Shown: one piece after another, positions 10,483 through 20,450 of the stretch
Layout of the letters: each line of letters opens with the position of its first letter
How positions within the stretch are numbered: position 1 is the stretch's first letter
NCBI GenBank assembly: GCA_963668675.2
Contig: CAXXMB010000001.1
Coordinates: forward strand, 96,001-160,000
Length of the DNA stretch: 64,000 bases
Reading direction: 5' to 3'
DNA from: an uncultured Desulfatitalea sp.
GTDB taxonomy: Bacteria > Desulfobacterota > Desulfobacteria > Desulfobacterales > Desulfosarcinaceae
Program-made: the position numbers and the translations under genes
The notes under the pieces: generated by a model
Database searches by the model: none
What the model was told of the DNA's origin: nothing
Seen by the model: only the letters and a program-made list of their open reading frames with translations

Positions 10483-10902
10483 ATGTTCAGCGAACTGATA
10501 AAGAATCGTACGCTGGGAAACAGTCGAGGGTTCACACTGATCGAGGTCGTGGTGGCCATGTCCTGCTTTATGGTCATCGCTCTGGCAACCTTTAAAATGA
10601 CAATGAGGGGATGGCAGGCCACCGAGTTTTCCAAGTCAAAAACCGAAGCGGCTGTTATGGCTTCGCAGCATCTTGAAATGCTTTTCTCAGAGAAATATTC
10701 CAGTGATCAAACTGCTGGAATGAGCCAAAGAATGGTAAGTGGTGTCCATAATTTTTCAGACAACGGATATGACGTTACTTACACCATAGTAGATGATGCG
10801 TTGCTGCCGGACTCAAAATTTGTCCAGATGACGGTGCGTCCCGAACATAATAGCAGCACCAAAGGGGTTGTGTACAATTATCTGATACCAATGAGAAAAT
10901 AG
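10483..10902 (+). CDS. pilV: Type IV minor pilin PilV-like
   Basis: RG/FTLIEV prepilin motif; 139 aa. Confidence 0.75.
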   Translation: MFSELIKNRTLGNSRGFTLIEVVVAMSCFMVIALATFKMTMRGWQATEFSKSKTEAAVMASQHLEMLFSEKYSSDQTAGMSQRMVSGVHNFSDNGYDVTYTIVDDALLPDSKFVQMTVRPEHNSSTKGVVYNYLIPMRK

Positions 10903-10911
10903 GAGAATAAG

Positions 10912-11535
10912 ATGGGACGATGTCTTTCGACAATAAATAACAGTCATGGATCGGCCATGGTCGTAGTGGTCATGCTACTTCCGGTTTTGACACTTCTGGT
11001 CGTGTTTGCCCTAAATACCGGTACCCAGAACATTGCTGTCACAACAAACGATGATTGTCACCGCGACGCCCTCTACAACTCCGATGCAGCAATATATGGG
11101 ACTTCAAAACTGATATCCTTGATCAATAAGAGTGAGGCGCGAGATGAGGTCTCCGGCGGTACAAGCGGCGATGCGCCGGGAGTCCAATTTTATGACTCTT
11201 CTGGGACTTTAGGCGATGACGGCAGCTATTTTGTTACCATGGCCATCAGCGAAGAGTCACAGGCCACAGGCGACGATCTCGAATTTAAAATGGTAGATGC
11301 TGTCAACAACATCGGCATCAAAAGCAAGGTAGATATCAGAAAATTCCGTGGCGAATCACTTGGAGGCGGGGGAGCTGAGTTCGGCAGTGCAGCCGAAGGT
11401 CTGGGCGCGCAGCTGAACATCGTCCGATATGAAATACGATCGCAAGGTCAGGGCAATTGCATCAACACTATCTTGCCTGTGAGGGGTGAGTATATTTTTA
11501 TCGCCTCAAAGGCCGGACAGACCAAAGGCATATAA
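10912..11535 (+). CDS. pilX: Type IV minor pilin PilX-like
   Basis: HG/SAMVVVVM prepilin-like motif lacking Glu5; ALYNSDAA; directly upstream of pilY1. Confidence 0.75.
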   Translation: MGRCLSTINNSHGSAMVVVVMLLPVLTLLVVFALNTGTQNIAVTTNDDCHRDALYNSDAAIYGTSKLISLINKSEARDEVSGGTSGDAPGVQFYDSSGTLGDDGSYFVTMAISEESQATGDDLEFKMVDAVNNIGIKSKVDIRKFRGESLGGGGAEFGSAAEGLGAQLNIVRYEIRSQGQGNCINTILPVRGEYIFIASKAGQTKGI

Positions 11536-11622
11536 AAAGAAGATTGGAATCATTTTCTAAGTGGCATCTGATAATTGAGCGGATCCAGTGCTGCCGTGAA
11601 GATAATACAAAGAGGTGCAATC

Positions 11623-14600
11623 ATGGATAGAACCAAAATAACAGTTTTTATGCTCGTATTACTATGTGGCGTGCTGGGTGTTCTCGTTGCAGCGGCCCCG
11701 GTTTCTGCCGTTCCTCCGGATAAAAGCATTTACGACGCCTATCCGCCTTTTATGAGCAACAATCCGCCTCCACTGGTCATGCTAGTCATGGGCCGCAACC
11801 ACAAGCTTTTCTATGAAGCATACAACGATGCTTCTGACCTCAACCAGGACGGCGTGTTAGACACGACCTACAAGCCGGACGAGATCGACTACTATGGCTA
11901 TTTCGACTCATTCAAATATTATGAATATGTCGGGACAGGGGTGGACGGCCAGTTCGAACCGGTCGGTGCCGGTATCGGCAGCAATGGAAAAATGAAGCCC
12001 GCTGGGAACTATTGGAGTGGGGATTTTTTAAATTACCTCACCATGTCCCGGATGGACTGTATGCGCAAAGTGCTCTATGGCGGGTACCGAGTGGTGGATA
12101 CGGCTACGGAAACCGTCCTCGAGCGGGCATACATTCCTCAGGATGCCCATTCCTGGGGCAAGGAGTATGAAAGCATTACCCGCGACGGATATGATATTTA
12201 CGATTATACTCCCCTGTTAGAGCCCCAGTCTACGCCGGTACAGTTGAGACACATGTTTGCCTCAACCTCTTTGTACGAACGAACCAACACGAATTACAGG
12301 CCTCTGTTGCGTGTGCTGCCCAACAATCCCCACCGAATATGGGAGTGGGTTGCGAAAGAGAGCCCTGTGGCAGACAACTCGCTTGAAACTGGCGGCAGCG
12401 GAACATGGATGGCTGTTCCTGGAAGTACAACAGCGGGTATTAGCGGGGTCACCCGGTCGTTTTATGACTTTACGGGTGGATATCATCCAGCCGACAATGC
12501 TGAATTCGATAGTATCGTCTCTACCTTTGCCACAGCCGGCAACCATCAGGGAACCGAAAACGTTACCGAGATCAATGGCTCTGGAGATCCTTTTGATGCT
12601 GATGGCAACTACTACCTCACGATCTTCAACGGTACATTGAACATTCCTACGACCGATACCTATACCTTTTCCGTGGATGGGGATGATGCGGTAGAGTTCC
12701 TGATTGATCTTAACAGTGACGGCGATTTTGATGATAGCGGCGAAGTGGTAGTTGGGTGGTACGGCGGCCACGGTGAATGCGGATGTAATAATTATGACGG
12801 TAGCATCACGTTATCCGCTGGCAGTTACGCCTTTCAATTCCGACATGAAGAGCTTAGCGGTAGTGACAGCTACTATCTGCGTTGGAATTTGGGCACCCCC
12901 GCCAGCACCATTACCGATTACAGGGTGCGTGTCAAAGTAGCAGATGCCGCTCTGCCGGAAGCGACAAACACCAAGCTCTATCCCAATGGCAATTACAAAC
13001 CGACCGGTTTGCTGCAGCGCCATGGGGAGGCCAACACCATGTACTTCGGACTCCTCACCGGATCCTACAACAAGAACATGTCTGGTGGTGTGCTTCGGAA
13101 GAATATAACTTCGTTCCAGGATGAAATTGATCCAGATACCGGCGTATTTACATCCGTAAACGGGATTGTGGGGACACTTGATAGAATAAGGATCACCGAG
13201 TACAGATATGCAAGTCATAGTTACGACACAGGGTGGGTCACCGGCCGTCCGATGGCGGAGACTGAGTTCCCCGATTGGGGCAACCCCCTGGCAGAGATGA
13301 TGTATGAAACCTTGCGATACTTCGGCGGCGAATCGGGGCCGTTACCTCAATTTAGAAGCAGCACTATGCCGGAGGACGACGCCCTCGGGCTGCCAAACGA
13401 ATCCTGGACCAACCCCTACAGTTGGTCTGCATATTGTTCCAAGCCGTTTATCCTGGCCATAAGTGATATTTACCCGACATACGATTCAGACTATCTGCCT
13501 GGATCTGAATTTGGCTCTGTAGGGTCCAGTTCTGTCGGGGCTGGTGGTACGCTGGATGTCTCTAGTATCGGCGATCTGATATTTTCCCAGGAACTGGCCA
13601 GCGGTGATCGCTTTATAGGAGAGAGTGCCGCGACCTCGGACGGTGCCTGCACAGCCAAGAGTGTAAACGGATTCAGTGACATCCGCGGCTTGTGTCCGGA
13701 AGAGCCGACAAAACAGGGTAGCTACTATTCGGCGGCCGTCTCCTACTATGGCCACACGGAAGATATCAGCAGTGCCCAAGAGGACCAGAAGGTCCGCACC
13801 TACGCGGTCGGTCTGGCATCGCCGCTACCCAAAATAGAGATTCCGATTCAAGGCCAGATCGTCCGGTTGGTCCCTTTTGCCAAATCGGTGGCCAATTACG
13901 GTATCGTCTCAACAGGTGCATTTCAGCCTACCAACACCATTGTCGACTTCTTCGTCGAGACCATCAGCGACCACTATGGCCGTTTCAGGATCAACTACGA
14001 AGACGTTGAGCAAGGGGCCGATCACGACATGGATGCCATCGTTATCTATGAGTACCAGTTGATCGACAACAATGGCAATCCGGTAACTGCCGCAAATATC
14101 AACGATGCGGTTGCAGTGAATATCACGCTCACCTCAGAATACGCATCGGGAAGCATCATCCAGCACTGTGGTTATATTATCTCCGGCACGACCCGGGATG
14201 GAACCTATCTGGAAGTGAAAGACTACGATACGGGGTCAGGCGCAGATTATGATTACCGATTGGATACCCCGCCGGGCGTATGGTCCGGAGACAGCGGCTG
14301 GAACGACGGGGTCGATCTGCCGTTGCAAACGACGCGGACCTTTACGGTGAGTCCCACCGGAGGCGTATCCGCTGCGTCAATCCTTCCCAATCCGCTTTGG
14401 TATGCCGCCAAGTGGGGCGCTTTTGAGGACCAGAACAACAATGGGGTTCCGGACAATCAGGACGAATGGGACAAGGATGGCGACAACGTACCGGATACCT
14501 ACTACTATGTGGTTAATCCACTCAAGCTGGAGCAACAGTTGAACAAGTCTTTTGCCGATATCCTCGCCAACACCTCGTCCGGTACAGCAGCGGCTGTTGT

Positions 14601-17163
14601 GGCCAACAACAGCGAGGGCCAGGGAACTATGATTCAGGCCTTTTTTAAGCCGAGCGTCGTGACACAGGATAATAAAGAGCTTTCCTGGTTGGGTTATCTT
14701 AAATCCCTATGGGTAGATCAGTTCGGCAATCTGCGGGAAGACACCAACCAGGACTTTCAGTTCAACTTCGACACGGATAGGATCGTTGAATACGGTACGG
14801 ACGGCAACGGCAATGTCTATGTCAGGCGCTATACCAATCACTATCACTATGATGCGGCCAATCAGTATGATGCCAACTGCGTGCTCACGAATTGCACAAC
14901 GTCCTACGATACAATCGGTATAGAGGAGATCGAAACACTGTTTGCTGCTGGTGAAATGCTGCATCAGCGCGCCGCCTCAGACCGGAAAATTTTTACATTC
15001 CTGGATGGGGATGGGTTGGACAATGACGGCGATGGCGATATCGACGAGTCGGGAGAGATACAAGGTGTCAAGATTGTCGGTGAAGTCTCCTCTCCCTATG
15101 GTGATACGTTTGATGACACCACAGGGGAGTTGGTCGTCTTCGATACCTCTGTTGCAAGCCGCCTGAAGCCGTTTTTAGGACTGCTGGACGATACCTCGTT
15201 CAGTTATCTTGAAACCGGGGCGACGCCGGATCACGATACCCGCGTTGATAATTTAATCCACTATATTCGTGGAGTAGATTCGGACGGTTTGATCGGCAAT
15301 CCGCCGACCCGTAATCGTACCTTTGACAACAATGTATGGAAACTTGGGGATATCGTACGATCGACGCCGGTTAGTATCTCCGGCGCTTTGGAAACCTATG
15401 ATCTGGTTTACAGCGATCTTACTTATCTTGATTATATTCGAAAGTACGTTGACCGTGAGACGGTGGTATACACCGGTGGAAATGACGGTATGCTGCACGC
15501 CTTCAGCCACGGCCGATATGTTTTTGATGAGAACACTAATCTCTATGGATATGAAGTCGTTGACGGAGATCCCATCGGCACGGAAATTTGGGCTTACATT
15601 CCGCAGGCGCTTCTGCCACACCTGAAGTGGCTGGCCGATCCCAACTATGGTCACTCCTTTTACGTCGATTCCAAACCAAAGGTGTTCGATGCAAGAATAT
15701 TCCAAGAAGATGACGAGCACCCGAACGGTTGGGGTACCGTCCTGCTGGTCGGCCTGGGAGCTGGAGGAAAGCGGGTGTGGGCGGAAGGTGATTTCGATGG
15801 CAACACTTCAACGGCGGACGTCTACCGATATTTCAACCCAACCTATGTCTGCATGGACATTACCAATCCACGCAAACCGAGGTTACTGTGGGAACGGTCG
15901 CACGAAAATCTGGGTATGACAACCTCTTTTCCGGCAGTGGTTCAAGTCGGAGCCGAGTACGATAGCTCTAACTACACTTGGCAAAATGGGTCATGGTATG
16001 TGGTTTTCGGATCGGGGGCCCACGATGCGTCCGGTAAGACAGACTACAGTGGGTATAGCGACCAGAACGGCTACATCTTTGTGGTCGACATTAGAACCGG
16101 TGAATTGCTTCGCAGATTCGATACCAATCTGCCCGAAGCTGTTATGGCGACGGCAGCCAGCCTGGATAAAGGCTCGGATGACGGATCGGGTCCGGTCAAG
16201 GGGCTCACTTATAATGTAGATGCAATTTACATCGGCGGTGCCAGCTACGACAGCGGAACGAGCATGTGGAGCGGTAGCATGTTTAAAATAAATACGCGCT
16301 TTACCGACACTGTCCCAGAGGTCGACCCCGATGATTGGAGTCTCTCAAAGCTGTTCGATTCCGATCGGGCGATTACGGCCGCTCCGGCAATCAGCGTCGA
16401 CTCATTGGATAATGTGTGGGTCTATTTCGGTACCGGCCGATTCGAGGAGATGGCCGACAGGGTAACCACAGAGCAAAATTACCTCTATGGCATCAAAGAC
16501 CCCTATTTCAATAAACACTATGATTCATCCAATGGGGTAGATTACAACGGAAGAGGCGACTATTACCAGAACAACGGAACGACCGTATCCCCCCTTACAA
16601 GGAGCGAGTTGTTCTATGCCAATCCTTATGTCTCCTACGATACAACGGGGGCTATCGATGTGTTAGCCGGTGGACTGCCAAGGATCACGAGTTGGGATGC
16701 CCTACTTGGCGCCGTTCGTAACACTGAGGATCAAGGGACCTATTCCGACTATTTTGACGGATGGTATCGCGCTCTGGATCCGACACCTGTCGGAGCGCCA
16801 TCGGAGCGCATCATCTCCAAACCCGCCATACTAAGCGGTATTGTTTTTACACCGGTCTATGTGCCGGATGATGATATTTGCGGTTTCGGTGGCTCAACCG
16901 ACACTTATGGCGTTTATTATGAAACCGGAACCGCATTTTGGCGACACATCTTCAACGCCGATACGGCAGCAGAGGGTAGTGCGGTCGCCTATCGCATGGG
17001 AACGATGCTCAACACCGGTCCACCACCTCCGACGGTAAGTATCTCCATCGGACGGTTGACCGGCGCCAAGCTTTTCTTGCAGACGGGTACCGGCCCGATC
17101 CTCGGGTTAGATGTCAAGATCCCTTCTGTTAAAAGCGATGTCCACTATTGGGAGGAAGAATAA
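11623..17163 (+). CDS. pilY1: PilY1/PilC type IV pilus tip adhesin with PA14 insertion
   Basis: Signal peptide; PPLVMLVMGRNHKLFYEAYND; LGDIVRSTP, GGNDGMLHAF, WAYIP, YFGTGRF beta-propeller motifs; start moved to ATG 11623 (GAGGTG RBS). Confidence 0.9.
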   Translation: MDRTKITVFMLVLLCGVLGVLVAAAPVSAVPPDKSIYDAYPPFMSNNPPPLVMLVMGRNHKLFYEAYNDASDLNQDGVLDTTYKPDEIDYYGYFDSFKYYEYVGTGVDGQFEPVGAGIGSNGKMKPAGNYWSGDFLNYLTMSRMDCMRKVLYGGYRVVDTATETVLERAYIPQDAHSWGKEYESITRDGYDIYDYTPLLEPQSTPVQLRHMFASTSLYERTNTNYRPLLRVLPNNPHRIWEWVAKESPVADNSLETGGSGTWMAVPGSTTAGISGVTRSFYDFTGGYHPADNAEFDSIVSTFATAGNHQGTENVTEINGSGDPFDADGNYYLTIFNGTLNIPTTDTYTFSVDGDDAVEFLIDLNSDGDFDDSGEVVVGWYGGHGECGCNNYDGSITLSAGSYAFQFRHEELSGSDSYYLRWNLGTPASTITDYRVRVKVADAALPEATNTKLYPNGNYKPTGLLQRHGEANTMYFGLLTGSYNKNMSGGVLRKNITSFQDEIDPDTGVFTSVNGIVGTLDRIRITEYRYASHSYDTGWVTGRPMAETEFPDWGNPLAEMMYETLRYFGGESGPLPQFRSSTMPEDDALGLPNESWTNPYSWSAYCSKPFILAISDIYPTYDSDYLPGSEFGSVGSSSVGAGGTLDVSSIGDLIFSQELASGDRFIGESAATSDGACTAKSVNGFSDIRGLCPEEPTKQGSYYSAAVSYYGHTEDISSAQEDQKVRTYAVGLASPLPKIEIPIQGQIVRLVPFAKSVANYGIVSTGAFQPTNTIVDFFVETISDHYGRFRINYEDVEQGADHDMDAIVIYEYQLIDNNGNPVTAANINDAVAVNITLTSEYASGSIIQHCGYIISGTTRDGTYLEVKDYDTGSGADYDYRLDTPPGVWSGDSGWNDGVDLPLQTTRTFTVSPTGGVSAASILPNPLWYAAKWGAFEDQNNNGVPDNQDEWDKDGDNVPDTYYYVVNPLKLEQQLNKSFADILANTSSGTAAAVVANNSEGQGTMIQAFFKPSVVTQDNKELSWLGYLKSLWVDQFGNLREDTNQDFQFNFDTDRIVEYGTDGNGNVYVRRYTNHYHYDAANQYDANCVLTNCTTSYDTIGIEEIETLFAAGEMLHQRAASDRKIFTFLDGDGLDNDGDGDIDESGEIQGVKIVGEVSSPYGDTFDDTTGELVVFDTSVASRLKPFLGLLDDTSFSYLETGATPDHDTRVDNLIHYIRGVDSDGLIGNPPTRNRTFDNNVWKLGDIVRSTPVSISGALETYDLVYSDLTYLDYIRKYVDRETVVYTGGNDGMLHAFSHGRYVFDENTNLYGYEVVDGDPIGTEIWAYIPQALLPHLKWLADPNYGHSFYVDSKPKVFDARIFQEDDEHPNGWGTVLLVGLGAGGKRVWAEGDFDGNTSTADVYRYFNPTYVCMDITNPRKPRLLWERSHENLGMTTSFPAVVQVGAEYDSSNYTWQNGSWYVVFGSGAHDASGKTDYSGYSDQNGYIFVVDIRTGELLRRFDTNLPEAVMATAASLDKGSDDGSGPVKGLTYNVDAIYIGGASYDSGTSMWSGSMFKINTRFTDTVPEVDPDDWSLSKLFDSDRAITAAPAISVDSLDNVWVYFGTGRFEEMADRVTTEQNYLYGIKDPYFNKHYDSSNGVDYNGRGDYYQNNGTTVSPLTRSELFYANPYVSYDTTGAIDVLAGGLPRITSWDALLGAVRNTEDQGTYSDYFDGWYRALDPTPVGAPSERIISKPAILSGIVFTPVYVPDDDICGFGGSTDTYGVYYETGTAFWRHIFNADTAAEGSAVAYRMGTMLNTGPPPPTVSISIGRLTGAKLFLQTGTGPILGLDVKIPSVKSDVHYWEEE

Positions 17164-17186
17164 CGCCCAAAATATGCTATAATAAT

Positions 17187-17222
17187 GCCCAAAGAGCCTC
17201 CTTTAGAGGCTCTTTGGGCTTC
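17187..17222 (+). terminator. Stem-loop after pilY1
   Basis: Perfect 14-bp stem GCCCAAAGAGCCTC/GAGGCTCTTTGGGC with a short T tail. Confidence 0.65.
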
Positions 17223-17272
17223 ACTGTTATTCAAAAACAGCTCTTTTGTGATAGACCTACTCAACATATGCC

Positions 17273-19936
17273 ATGATGCGAACCAAGATCGTCATCGCCA
17301 TAACCGCCGCTGTTTTCGCCTTCTGCATTTGGGCGATTTTCAACCGGCCGGTAGAGGAACCGACATGGCCTGAACGTATTCACGGCTTCTGCCTCTCGCC
17401 CATGCAGGCCGGTCAAAGCCCCTTGACCAAACGATATCCGACCGAAGACGAAATACGATCGGATCTGTCGCTCCTTTCCGGCAAATCACAAGTTGTGCGT
17501 ACCTATTCGGTTCAAGGCACCCTTGGTAAGGTACCTGAGCTTGCAAAGTCCTTCGGTCTCAATGTGGTTTTGGGGGCCTGGATCGATTCTGATACTAATA
17601 AGAACGAGAAAGAAGTGAATACCCTGATAAACATTGCCAGAGCGAATGTCAATGTGCAGCGGGTAATCGTCGGAAATGAATCCCTATTGCGTGGTGATAT
17701 CTCCAAGAGTAAATTGATCGATCAACTTGAGAAAGTTCGCAACGCACTGTCCGTGCCGGTGAGCACGGCGGAGCCTTGGCACGAGTGGCTGAAACACCCC
17801 GATATGGTTGAGCATGTGGATTACCTGGCAGTTCATTTGCTTCCTTACTGGGAAGGAGTTCATGTGGATTCAGCGGTGGATTACATCGTCGACCGCATTG
17901 AAGAGTTGAAAGCGCGATTCCCAGGAAAGCCGGTGGTCATTGCCGAGGCAGGCTGGCCAAGCAACGGCAGATTGCGCAAACATGCTGCCGCCTCCCGCGC
18001 GAACGAAGCGATTTTTCTGCGCCGGTTTGTCGCGAGAGCGCAAAAAGAGCAATACGATTACTTCCTCATGGAAGCATTCGATCAACCTTGGAAGCAGGCC
18101 CTCGAAGGCTCTGTTGGCGCATACTGGGGCGTCTATGATGTCAATCGGAGCAAAAAGCTTTCCTTGGACCAGCAATTTGTTTCTATGCCCTACTGGAAAG
18201 TAAAAGCATGCTTTTCCATCGTTCTGGCAACGGCGCTTTTGTTTCTGCTGCTGCAAGACAGTCGCATGCTTCACTACCGGGGGCGGATTTTTCTGTCGGT
18301 GATCTCCCACCTGTCCGCCGCTGCTGTTGTCTGGATCGTTTATGAGCATTTTAGCCAGTATTGTTCGGTTAAAACTGTTTTGGTGGGCATATTTCTTATG
18401 GTTGGATTAACAGGTGCTATTGCGATTTTAATGACTGAAACGCATGAGTGGGCCGAAGCGTTATGGGCAAAAACTCGCCGAAACAAAGGCCTCTACAGGA
18501 AGAAACTTTTAGGCAGTACACCGTTTGTCTCCATTCATGTGCCGACCCACAATGAACCTCCAGCCATGTTGGCATTGACACTGGATGCTTTGTCCCATCT
18601 GGATTATCCCAATTTCGAGGTTCTTGTTATCGACAACAACACCAAAGATGACTCTGTATGGCGGCCCATCGAAGAGAAGTGTGCCCACCTGGGAAACCGT
18701 TTCCATTTCTTTCATGTAGACCCTTTGGAAGGTTACAAAGCGGGAGCACTTAATTTTGCACTTTCACATACATCACCTCGAGCAGACATCGTCGCTGTGG
18801 TTGACAGCGATTACGTGGTCGACCGATGCTGGCTGAGGGACCTGACCCCGCATTTCGGCAATCCTCGCGTCGCCCTAGTTCAGGCACCGCAGGATTACAG
18901 GGATGAAACGGCCGGTTTGTTCAAGTCTATCTGCTACTCAGAATACAGGGGCTTTTTTTCCATCGGTATGGTGACGCGTGACCAACGCAATGCCATTATT
19001 CAGCATGGCACCATGACCATGGTGAGGCGTCGTGTCCTGGATAGAGTAGGCGGATGGGCCAACTGGTGTATCAGCGAAGACGCCGAGCTAGGGCTGCGCA
19101 TTTTCGAGCAAGGTTATTTAGGTTTATATATCCACCGAAGTTACGGCAAAGGGTTAATGCCGGATACATTCCGTGATTATCAGTCGCAACGCTTTAGGTG
19201 GGCCTATGGTGCAGTCCAAATTGTTCGCCAGCACTTCAAACAGCTGATGAGAGGGACGGATAGTCATTTGGACAGAGGACAGCGCTACCACTTTATTGCC
19301 GGCTGGCTTCCTTGGTTTGCAGATGCCGCGAATTTGGTTTTCACTCTGTTTGCCGTTATTCTGTCGGTGACAATGATTGCTTTTCCTGACTATATTGACC
19401 CACCCTCGATTGCAATTTCAATACTTCTGCCGCTCATGTTCATGTTCAGGATTTTAAAAACCATTCATCTGTATCGGACCCGGGTAAGAACCTCCCTTGC
19501 AGTAGCATCGTCGGCTGCCTTTGCCGGTCTTGCCCTCTCTTTCACAATTGCCAAGGCTGTCCTTTTGGGGATGATATATAAAGGGATGCCTTTCCATCGA
19601 ACACCAAAACTGTGTGATCTTTCAGGTTGGCGTCATGGTTTTGTGGGAACCATATTTCTGGAGACTGTTTTATCGCTGATGCTTCTATCCAGCGTCGTAG
19701 GCGTTTACATCCAGAAAACTCCGCAGGATTTTAATTTATATTTGTGGATGGCCGTACTCTCTTTTCAATCTGTACCTTTTTTGGCATCAATCCTGTTAGC
19801 AGCCATTGATGCAATGCAACATTTCCATCTATCTGTTTTCGCCGGTAAGAAATATTTCCGAAAATCCAGACAAGTCTTCAGATCAAGCGTACAACCTAAA
19901 TTTCAAAGGAGAAAATGGACACCATGGGCCAATTGA
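17273..19936 (+). CDS. NdvB-like GH17-GT2 fusion (cyclic beta-1,3-glucan synthase)
   Basis: N-terminal GH17 domain (VRTYS, VGNE, AEAGWPS, EAFDQPWK) plus TM segments and GT2 (DNN, KAGALN, DSD, SED, QRFRW). Confidence 0.85.
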   Translation: MMRTKIVIAITAAVFAFCIWAIFNRPVEEPTWPERIHGFCLSPMQAGQSPLTKRYPTEDEIRSDLSLLSGKSQVVRTYSVQGTLGKVPELAKSFGLNVVLGAWIDSDTNKNEKEVNTLINIARANVNVQRVIVGNESLLRGDISKSKLIDQLEKVRNALSVPVSTAEPWHEWLKHPDMVEHVDYLAVHLLPYWEGVHVDSAVDYIVDRIEELKARFPGKPVVIAEAGWPSNGRLRKHAAASRANEAIFLRRFVARAQKEQYDYFLMEAFDQPWKQALEGSVGAYWGVYDVNRSKKLSLDQQFVSMPYWKVKACFSIVLATALLFLLLQDSRMLHYRGRIFLSVISHLSAAAVVWIVYEHFSQYCSVKTVLVGIFLMVGLTGAIAILMTETHEWAEALWAKTRRNKGLYRKKLLGSTPFVSIHVPTHNEPPAMLALTLDALSHLDYPNFEVLVIDNNTKDDSVWRPIEEKCAHLGNRFHFFHVDPLEGYKAGALNFALSHTSPRADIVAVVDSDYVVDRCWLRDLTPHFGNPRVALVQAPQDYRDETAGLFKSICYSEYRGFFSIGMVTRDQRNAIIQHGTMTMVRRRVLDRVGGWANWCISEDAELGLRIFEQGYLGLYIHRSYGKGLMPDTFRDYQSQRFRWAYGAVQIVRQHFKQLMRGTDSHLDRGQRYHFIAGWLPWFADAANLVFTLFAVILSVTMIAFPDYIDPPSIAISILLPLMFMFRILKTIHLYRTRVRTSLAVASSAAFAGLALSFTIAKAVLLGMIYKGMPFHRTPKLCDLSGWRHGFVGTIFLETVLSLMLLSSVVGVYIQKTPQDFNLYLWMAVLSFQSVPFLASILLAAIDAMQHFHLSVFAGKKYFRKSRQVFRSSVQPKFQRRKWTPWAN

Positions 19937-20450
19937 GGTTTTTCGGCGGTCACCTATGTAGTTAAATCCATGTAACTCCAATGAAAGCAATGTTCCATAA
20001 AGAAGACATTCGAATGCATGTTAAGTCAAGGCTTTCTTTCAAAAAATTCATTATTTTAATATATTAAGGCGTAAAGGGTACAAAATCGATATTTGGTGTT
20101 GGAATTGGCGTCTGGGTTGGGTCGCCTGGAGGGGGGCGGACATATGGTGTCAAGTTTGGCATTAAGCTGGTTTTCATTGTAACGACTAAAGAATATAACT
20201 TTTACCAACAAGAGGTTTTTCCAGGATGCACTACATTGGTGCCCCACGATCGATAGCTTGCCCATTTATAGGTGCAGTGGTAGCATACGAGGGTATCGAT
20301 GGCCTAAACATCATTCTTTAGGTCAGTAAATCACCAAGCCTACGCATAATTTGGTTCATCTATAACTCGTTGCATAGTGGAGCAGTTGCCTGTCTAAAGA
20401 CGATAGCGGCAAAGTTTAATTTGTATCTGGAAAAAGGGGGGAGATTCATT

